Shown here: one piece after another, positions 36,075 to 41,760 of the stretch
Layout of the letters: every line of letters starts with the position of its first letter
Position numbering within the stretch: position 1 is the stretch's first letter
From: Anaerolineae bacterium
GTDB taxonomy: Bacteria > Chloroflexota > Anaerolineae > B4-G1 > SLSP01
Length of the DNA: 41,760 bases
Assembly (NCBI GenBank): GCA_034437215.1
Contig: DAOTVC010000132.1
Location: 1 to 41,760, forward strand
Direction: 5' to 3'
Program-made: the position numbers and the translations under genes
The notes under the pieces: generated by a model
Told to the model about the DNA's origin: nothing
What the model saw: only the letters and a program-made list of their open reading frames with translations
Database searches by the model: none

Positions 36075-37049
36075 TCACTCCTCGGGCAACAGGGCGTTGG
36101 TGAAGGCCTCTTCCACCTCCACCGCTTCCGTTAGCGCACCGTACTCCAGCAGGGAGTCGTGGAGGGCCTGCCACTGGGCCGTCGTCTGCCGGCCGAGAGG
36201 CCGTCCCTCGGCTTGGGCGTCGGCGAGCTCCGTCTCCAGCATGAAGCGCATGTGGTCGGGGTCGGTCTCGGGGCCGGCGTACGCCACCACGATCTCCACG
36301 GCCTCCTCGGGGTGCTCTGCTGCGTACTCGATCCCCCGCAGTGCGGCTCTGAGAAAGCGCTCCAGCGCCTCCTGCTGCTCCGCAATCCCCGTCTCCGTGG
36401 CGACGTAGGTCAGTCCCAACGTCGAGACCCCGTAGTCGGCGGCCTCCCACTGCACCAGGTCGTAGCCCCACTTCTCCAGCAGGTAGGGCTCGTTGGAGTT
36501 GTAGACGGGATAGACGTCCACCAGGTCCTCCACGAGCACGCGGGGGTCGAAGCCGACGTTGATCAGCTCCACGTCGCTCTCCTCGAGACCGGCGACGTCC
36601 AGGAGGGCCAGGAGGTCGGGCGGCGGGGTGCCCTTGAAGCCGATCTTGTGTCCCCGCCACGCCTCGGGCGAGGCCAGCCCGCTCTCCGCCAGAGCGACGT
36701 AGGCCTGCTGGCCCCGCTGCCCGACGAGGGCGATGGAGACGAGGGGCAGGCCCGGATCGGCCCGCCGCTTGAGGAGGACGGCGGCGTCCTGGGTGGTGAC
36801 GTCCACCTTCCCCGCCGTGAGGAGCTGCAGGTGCTCCCCCCGCCCGCCGGAGTGTCGGATCTCCACCTCGAGATCTTCTGCGGCAAAGAAGCCTTTCTCC
36901 TGCGCCACGTAGACGCCCACGAAGGGCAGGTTCGCCTGCGGTTTGTATCCCGCCATAAAGACGAGGCTCTCCGTCTCGCGCTGCTCGGGTACGGCGCTGC
37001 AGCCGAGCAGTAGGGCGAGCAGTATCACCAACCAAGATCTCGATTTCAT
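36075..37049 (-). CDS. Lipoprotein of the NMT1/THI5-like family: a periplasmic-binding-protein type 2 (SsuA/TauA-like) ABC substrate-binding protein.
   Basis: Lipobox LLALLLGCSA. The fold and length match NMT1-like substrate-binding proteins. It is co-oriented with the ABC ATPase and permease upstream. Confidence 0.65.
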   Translation of the reverse strand: MKSRSWLVILLALLLGCSAVPEQRETESLVFMAGYKPQANLPFVGVYVAQEKGFFAAEDLEVEIRHSGGRGEHLQLLTAGKVDVTTQDAAVLLKRRADPGLPLVSIALVGQRGQQAYVALAESGLASPEAWRGHKIGFKGTPPPDLLALLDVAGLEESDVELINVGFDPRVLVEDLVDVYPVYNSNEPYLLEKWGYDLVQWEAADYGVSTLGLTYVATETGIAEQQEALERFLRAALRGIEYAAEHPEEAVEIVVAYAGPETDPDHMRFMLETELADAQAEGRPLGRQTTAQWQALHDSLLEYGALTEAVEVEEAFTNALLPEE

Positions 37050-37301
37050 CTTTCCCCTTTCGAAAGTCGTTGGGGTGTGTTCCAGTTGAGTTCAGTCGAG
37101 GCGTGAAACGTGAAACGTAAACCGTGAGATCTTCATGTTTCAGCCACGGATGACTTCCAACTGTGTTGGAACACACCTAAGTCGTGTAGCCTTCAGTCGT
37201 CTAGTCGTGCGATCCTTTTTGTACCGAGAGGGTGTGCGCCGGCACCGGCGCCTACTCGAAAAAGCCCAGGTCGAAGGTCAGGCGACTGTCCGACGACCCG
37301 A
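37050..37301. other. Structured 250-bp intergenic element inside the ABC operon. A long-range inverted repeat (GGGGTGTGTTCCAGTTG at about 37061-37077 and CAACTGTGTTGGAACACACC at about 37157-37176) encloses a tandem CGTGAAACGTGAAACG motif. A GCGCCGGCACCGGCGC hairpin is also present.
   Basis: Inverted and direct repeats read directly from the sequence. The GTGAAACGTG core also forms the terminator stem at 34977-35007. Confidence 0.4.
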
Positions 37302-38126
37302 TCACTTGACGGCGCGCCGCGTCCAGAAGAGCACCTTCGACTCCACCGCCAGCACGCTCAGGTAGAGGGCCACGCCCATGGTCGCCAGGCAGAAGACGGC
37401 GGCGAAGAGGGCCGGCATGTTGAGGTTGGTGTAGGCCAGCCACATCGTGCGCCCCAGCCCGGCCGACGCTCCGGCCCACTCGGCGACGACGGCGCCGACG
37501 AGGGAGAGGGGGGCCACGACCTTCAACGCGGCGAAGAGGTAGGGGGCCGCCGAGGGCCAGCGGGCGTAGCGGAAGAGCTCCCAGCGGCTGGCGCTCAGGG
37601 AGTGGAAGAGGGCCAGGAGGGCCTCGTCCACCGAGGTGAGGCCGCTGTGGACGTTGATGAGGACGGGGAAGAAGGTGAGGATGGCGGTGAGGATGACCTT
37701 GGGCAGCGGGCCGAAGCCGAACCAGATGACCAGCAGGGGGGCGATGGCGACCATCGGCGTGGCTTTGACGAGGATGGCGAGGGCCAGGACCCCGCGCTCC
37801 AGCCGCACCCAGTAGGTGATGAGGATGGCGGTGGCGATGCCGACGGCGAGCCCCAGTGCCAGCCCCGCCAACGCCTCCCCGGCGGTGACCAGGGCGGCTT
37901 CCAGGTAGGGGGCGGGATTTGCCAGGAGGGCGCGCAGGACGACCGAGGGCGCCGGCAGGATGTAGACGGGGATCTCCCGCAGGTGCACGAGGAGCTCCCA
38001 GCCTCCCAGGGCCGCCCCGAGGATGAGGAGGACGGAGATCAGATCCCAGGGCAGGGCGCGGTCGCGGCTCTGCCTGCTCACCGGACGCTCTCGGGAGAGG
38101 GGGCGTGTGTCGGTGGTCGCGCTCAT
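37302..38126 (-). CDS. ABC transporter permease (SsuC/TauC-like, binding-protein-dependent transport family).
   Basis: Six TM helices with a conserved EAA-like loop region (...LSASRWELFRYARWPSAAPYLFAALKV...). The ATG overlaps the upstream ATPase stop (ATGA). The long track ORF 37302-39452 is a frame read-through artefact. Confidence 0.8.
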   Translation of the reverse strand: MSATTDTRPLSRERPVSRQSRDRALPWDLISVLLILGAALGGWELLVHLREIPVYILPAPSVVLRALLANPAPYLEAALVTAGEALAGLALGLAVGIATAILITYWVRLERGVLALAILVKATPMVAIAPLLVIWFGFGPLPKVILTAILTFFPVLINVHSGLTSVDEALLALFHSLSASRWELFRYARWPSAAPYLFAALKVVAPLSLVGAVVAEWAGASAGLGRTMWLAYTNLNMPALFAAVFCLATMGVALYLSVLAVESKVLFWTRRAVK

Positions 38127-38872
38127 GACCGGGTCCCCAACAGTTCGCGCAGTTTGCGCACCAGAGCCACGACCTCCGGCGCCGTCGCCTCGCGGGGGCG
38201 GGGGAGCGTCACAGGGACGACGGCGCGCACCCTTCCGGGGCGCGCGGTGAAGACGACGACGCGATCCGCCAGGCGCACCGCCTCTCCGATGTCGTGGGTC
38301 ACCCAGAGGACCGTCGGACGGAACTCCTGCCAGAGCCGGAGCACCTCGTCGGAGAGACTCTCGCGCGTCAGGGCGTCGAGGGCCGCGAAGGGCTCGTCCA
38401 TGAGCCAGAGGGGCGCCCCGACGGCGAGGGTGCGGGCCAGGGCGACTCGCTGCTGCATGCCGCCGGAGAGGGTCGCCGGGTAAGCCCCGGCAAAGTCGGC
38501 GAGGCCTGTCATCTGGAGCAGGGCCTCCGGTGCGGGCGCCGGTCGGTGGTGGGCCCGGTTTACCCTCAGGGGGAGGTCGACGTTCTCCAACACGTCGGCC
38601 CAGGGCAGCAGGGCCGGGTTCTGGGCCATCCATCCGATGGCCTTGCGCTCCCTGATGGCGGAAGGAGGTGCGCCGTTCAAGCGTACCCGGCCCGTCGTCG
38701 GGGCGATCTGGTCCCCCACGAGGCGCAGGAGGGTGGACTTGCCGCAGCCGCTCGGCCCGATGAGGCAGACGAACTCGCCGGAGGGGATCTCCAGCGTCAC
38801 CGGCGTAAGAGCTGCCAGGGGGGCCTCTTGATCCCAGAAGGTCTTGGAGATGTGGTCGAGGGAGACCCTCAT
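38123..38872 (-). CDS. ABC transporter ATP-binding protein (SsuB/TauB-like).
   Basis: Walker A LIGPSGCGKSTLL, signature LSGGMQQRVALARTL, Walker B LWLMDEPFAALD. Start chosen at the internal ATG (38872), which has a GGAGAG ribosome-binding site. This start overlaps the upstream IclR gene stop (ATGA). Confidence 0.85.
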   Translation of the reverse strand: MRVSLDHISKTFWDQEAPLAALTPVTLEIPSGEFVCLIGPSGCGKSTLLRLVGDQIAPTTGRVRLNGAPPSAIRERKAIGWMAQNPALLPWADVLENVDLPLRVNRAHHRPAPAPEALLQMTGLADFAGAYPATLSGGMQQRVALARTLAVGAPLWLMDEPFAALDALTRESLSDEVLRLWQEFRPTVLWVTHDIGEAVRLADRVVVFTARPGRVRAVVPVTLPRPREATAPEVVALVRKLRELLGTRS

Positions 38873-40038
38873 CCGTCGCTCTCCTGCTTCCGGGCCACCA
38901 CCGTCCGGGGCTTGATCTCGAAGATCTGCCAACCTCCCGGTCCTTGGCCCGCGAGCCGGGCAGGAGCGCCCAGATAGCGGGCGCTGAGGCGCTCGTAGAA
39001 GGCCTCGTCGGGTTGGGCGGGGTGCGCTCTGCCCCGCACCAGTACCCGGCGCATGGGAGGCCAGGGCTCGTCGATGGTGAGGGCGACGTCGGGGTTCCGG
39101 CGCACGTACTCGGCCCACTGGGAGCCGGGCCAGGCGGCGACGAAGAGGGTCCCCTCCTGCCAGGCGTACCAGACGGGGACGACGTGAGGCGAGCCGTCGG
39201 GGCGCACGCAGGCCAGCCGCGCCGCCCAGGGACCGTCCAGGAAGCGCTGCAGCTCCTCGCGCTCCATGCCCGTGCTGGCCCCCAGCTGGGGCGCGGGATG
39301 GGCGCCGTAGGGCTGGTAGGTGTGGGCGCCCAGGCGGTGGGAGATGCGCGCTGCCGTCTCCCGCAGTCTCTGGAGGAGTCCGGCGCCCCGCTCCTCCGTC
39401 CAGCGAAAGGCGGGCACTCCCAGGAGGAGCGCGGCCTCCGGCTGCTGTCCATCGGGACAGATGGGGACGGCGAGGGTGACGAGGGTCTCCGCCTCCTGCC
39501 GGGCCGCCGTCTGCCGGCGTACCTCCTCCAGCGTATCCTTCAGCTCGGCGGGGTGCTCCTCCAGACGCCGGCGAAGCGCCGCGGAAGAGAGACCGGCGAG
39601 CAGCACCTGACCGGCAGCGCTCGCGCCGGCCTCCCTTCTCCGGCCCGGCGGCAGCACGGCGCGTACAGGCTCGGGGCAGGGGGCCTCGGCGAGGACGAGG
39701 GCCTCGGCTCCATCGAGGACGACGAGGGCCTCCGTCTCGTCAGGGACGTGACGCGCGGTCTCCTCGTAGAAGGCCAGGGTGAGAGCGCCGGCGTCGACGG
39801 ATCGCGCCCCGGCGAGCGCCCGCAAGCGCGGTCCCGCTCTGTAGGGGCGGCGCGGCATCTCCTGCTCCACGTACTCCAGGTTCTTCAGCGTGTTGAGCAG
39901 GGCGAAGAGGGCGCTGTGAGAGATCTCCAGCGCCTCTTCGATCTCTCCGGAGGTCAATCCCTCCGGATGAGCGACGAGCAGCTCGAGGATGCGGAGCGTG
40001 CGCTCCGCGGCCGGGACCTTCTGTGAATAGTCGTTCAT
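38869..40038 (-). CDS. IclR-family transcriptional regulator (HTH plus IclR effector domain) fused to a C-terminal PPOX-class (pyridoxamine-5'-phosphate-oxidase-like, FMN/F420-binding) domain.
   Basis: HTH AERTLRILELLVAHPEGLTSGEIEEALEISHSALFALLNTLKNLEYV. IclR_C-like middle region. C-terminal GPWAARLACVRPDGSPHVVPVWYAWQEGTLFVAA...NPDVALTIDE is the PNPOx-like split barrel. Start set at the ATG at 40038; the 97 codons upstream in the track ORF overlap the divergent transporter region and lack support. Confidence 0.7.
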   Translation of the reverse strand: MNDYSQKVPAAERTLRILELLVAHPEGLTSGEIEEALEISHSALFALLNTLKNLEYVEQEMPRRPYRAGPRLRALAGARSVDAGALTLAFYEETARHVPDETEALVVLDGAEALVLAEAPCPEPVRAVLPPGRRREAGASAAGQVLLAGLSSAALRRRLEEHPAELKDTLEEVRRQTAARQEAETLVTLAVPICPDGQQPEAALLLGVPAFRWTEERGAGLLQRLRETAARISHRLGAHTYQPYGAHPAPQLGASTGMEREELQRFLDGPWAARLACVRPDGSPHVVPVWYAWQEGTLFVAAWPGSQWAEYVRRNPDVALTIDEPWPPMRRVLVRGRAHPAQPDEAFYERLSARYLGAPARLAGQGPGGWQIFEIKPRTVVARKQESDG

Positions 40039-40141
40039 GTTTATTCTCTCAAGCGAACTACTATTCATTTTAGCGAACAAGCGGCCAGTGTCAAGGACGG
40101 CGGTTGACCAATTTGCGGGTGACGTTAAAATCTTGGTTACC

Positions 40142-41068
40142 ATGAGATCGAACGTTTGGCAGGTCTCCCCCTCTCCAGGTTCGACCTGGGGCGGGGTCGC
40201 GCTGGTGGCGGCGGGCGCTCTCTGCTTCAGCAGCGCCATCGTCTTCGCCCGCTCGCTGCAGGGGCTCGACGCCCTCACCATCGCCTTCTTTCGGGCGCTT
40301 GCGGCCTTCCTCTTATTCAGCGCGCTCATTCCCCGCTACCCCTCGATGATCCGCTTCCGCAGCTACCGCTCGGCAATCAAGGTCCTGATCGGTCTGGGGA
40401 TCGCCATGGGGATGACGGCGATCCTCTACGTCTTCGCCCTCCAGAGGACCACGGCGGCGAACGCGGTCCTGCTCAACAACACCTCCGTCCTCTACGTGGC
40501 CCTCCTCGCCCCCTGGCTGCTCCAGGAGAGCCGCCCCCGCTTCGTCTGGCTCAGTCTGGGTCTGGCGCTGCTAGGCATCTTTCTCATCACCGGTCCCTCA
40601 CGGCTGGAGCTGGGGGAGGGCAACTCTCTGGGGGTGGCAGCGGGGGTCGTCTCGGGGGTGACTCTGGGCTGCGTCCTGCTCGCCAGCCGCTACCTGCGGG
40701 AGCAGGTGCAGGGGGTGACCCAGGTCTGGTGGGGGACGGGTATCGCGGCCCTACTGGCCCTGCCCGGTCTGCTCACCATCTCGTGGCAGATCCTGCTCGC
40801 CCGGCTGCCGCTGCTCCTGCTCATGGGCGTCGCCTCGCTGGGCGTGCCCTACCTCCTCTACTTTCTGGGCCTCCGCCGGCTGCGGGCCCAGGTCGCCAGC
40901 ATCGTGGCCCTCCTCGAGCCGGTGACCGGCGTCCTCATTGGGATCTTCGTCTACAAGGAGGTGCCCGACGGACCGGGCTTCCTCGGCATTCTCCTCGTCC
41001 TGCTGAGCATCTTCCTCGTCACCCGCCGCAAGCCCGGCCGGATAAGGTCTCACGCGCTCGAAAGCTAA
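40142..41068 (+). CDS. EamA/DMT-superfamily transporter (10 TM helices).
   Basis: Two EamA-like halves and a hydrophobicity pattern consistent with 10 TM helices. Start placed at the internal ATG (40142); the earlier track start would overlap the divergent IclR gene. Confidence 0.7.
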   Translation: MRSNVWQVSPSPGSTWGGVALVAAGALCFSSAIVFARSLQGLDALTIAFFRALAAFLLFSALIPRYPSMIRFRSYRSAIKVLIGLGIAMGMTAILYVFALQRTTAANAVLLNNTSVLYVALLAPWLLQESRPRFVWLSLGLALLGIFLITGPSRLELGEGNSLGVAAGVVSGVTLGCVLLASRYLREQVQGVTQVWWGTGIAALLALPGLLTISWQILLARLPLLLLMGVASLGVPYLLYFLGLRRLRAQVASIVALLEPVTGVLIGIFVYKEVPDGPGFLGILLVLLSIFLVTRRKPGRIRSHALES

Positions 41069-41188
41069 CCGACTATCCCCTTCCTTGCTGAAGGAGACGC
41101 CGGTGCTTGCGCACACTATCCAATCACGAAAATGACTACTTGACTACCGGACTACGAGACTAAACGACTAATTCCAAGGAGAGAGTAC

Positions 41189-41760
41189 ATGCAGAACCTT
41201 ACCTGGTGGCAGAAGGCCGTCTTCTACCAGATCTACCCCCGTAGTTTCGCCGACGGCAACGGTGACGGGATCGGTGATCTCCACGGCGCCATCGAAAAGC
41301 TCGACTACCTGGCGGAGCTGGGGATCGACGCCATCTGGCTCTCACCCCACTACCCCTCGCCCCTCTTCGACTGCGGCTACGACGTCGCCGACTACACCGG
41401 CGTGGCGCTGGAGTACGGAACCCTCGAGACCTTCGGTCGCTTTCTCGCCGGGGCCCACGAGCGGGGCATGCACATCATCCTCGACCTCGTGCTCAACCAC
41501 ACCTCCCACCTCCACCCCTGGTTCCGCGCCTCCCGCATGAGCCGCGACCACCCCCTGCGCGACTGGTACGTCTGGCGCGACGGCAAGGACGGGGGACCGC
41601 CCACCAACTGGTCCTCCACCTTCGGCGGGCCGGCGTGGGAGTACGATGCCCTGACGGGCCAGTACTACTACCACTTCTTCCTCAAGGAGCAGCCCGACCT
41701 CAACTGGCGTAATCCGGAGGTGAAGGAGGCGGTCTTCGCCGCCATCCGCTTCTGGCTGGA
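41189..41760 (+). CDS. GH13 alpha-glucosidase / oligo-1,6-glucosidase / trehalose-synthase-like enzyme, 5' part only (it runs off the window end, which is why it is absent from the ORF track).
   Basis: MQNLTWWQKAVFYQIYPRSFADGNGDGIGDLHGAIEKLDYLAELGIDAIWLSP...IILDLVLNHTS...EQPDLNWRNPEV is the GH13 N-terminal catalytic barrel with the region I motif DLVLNH. An AAGGAG ribosome-binding site lies 7 nt upstream. Confidence 0.85.
   Translation, partial: MQNLTWWQKAVFYQIYPRSFADGNGDGIGDLHGAIEKLDYLAELGIDAIWLSPHYPSPLFDCGYDVADYTGVALEYGTLETFGRFLAGAHERGMHIILDLVLNHTSHLHPWFRASRMSRDHPLRDWYVWRDGKDGGPPTNWSSTFGGPAWEYDALTGQYYYHFFLKEQPDLNWRNPEVKEAVFAAIRFWL

Noticed and set aside
37302-39452. A 716-aa minus-strand ORF spanning the permease, ATPase and part of the IclR regions.
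   Set aside because: Only its last ~275 aa (the permease, starting at the ATG at 38126) look protein-like. The upstream 440 aa are a Pro/Arg/Gly-rich out-of-frame read-through of the ATPase and IclR genes, which have strong motifs in their own frames.
40156-41091. A 311-aa ORF in an alternative frame across the EamA transporter gene.
   Set aside because: Its translation is dominated by Pro/Arg/Gly/Ala, whereas the 40142-41068 frame gives a clean 10-TM EamA profile.

Overview
This is a high-GC (about 65%) bacterial chromosomal window. The gene content looks Chloroflexota-like (very large secreted multidomain proteins, a mevalonate-pathway decarboxylase homologue, DNA gyrase subunit A), but that placement is a guess from sequence alone. 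Identifiable genes include gyrA, def, an Mrp/ApbC Fe-S carrier ATPase, glgC, a GH4 glycosidase, a 5'-partial GH13 alpha-glucosidase at the window end, a GT4 glycosyltransferase, a Trx-like/VKOR fusion and an EamA transporter. Between them sit accessory-looking loci: (i) at the left edge, a secreted protein gene built of near-identical 480-bp tandem repeats whose frame is cut by a single in-frame TAA; (ii) a dual-receiver AraC-type regulator overlapped by a LacI-type sugar-binding-domain remnant; (iii) a 940-aa secreted beta-helix protein and a 2329-aa giant surface protein (three malectin domains, PKD, TSP3-like repeats, beta-propeller) that share an unusual C-terminal tail YLPL[IV]M[RQ]; (iv) an AfsR-like SARP/NB-ARC/TPR regulator divergent from the surface-protein cluster, with repeated 20-bp motifs and a DnaA-box-like site in the shared intergenic region; (v) a cNMP-binding protein with two membrane-flanked bacterial PH (bPH_2) domains; (vi) two tandem paralogous SPFH (band-7) membrane proteins in an overlapping operon; (vii) an operon of an IclR-PPOX fusion regulator, an ABC ATPase, a permease, an NMT1-like lipoprotein and a mevalonate-diphosphate-decarboxylase homologue, joined by ATGA start/stop overlaps. 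No CRISPR array, rRNA, tRNA or obvious transposase was seen. All coordinates are 1-based in this window. Non-CDS features are hand-located and may be off by a few nt.
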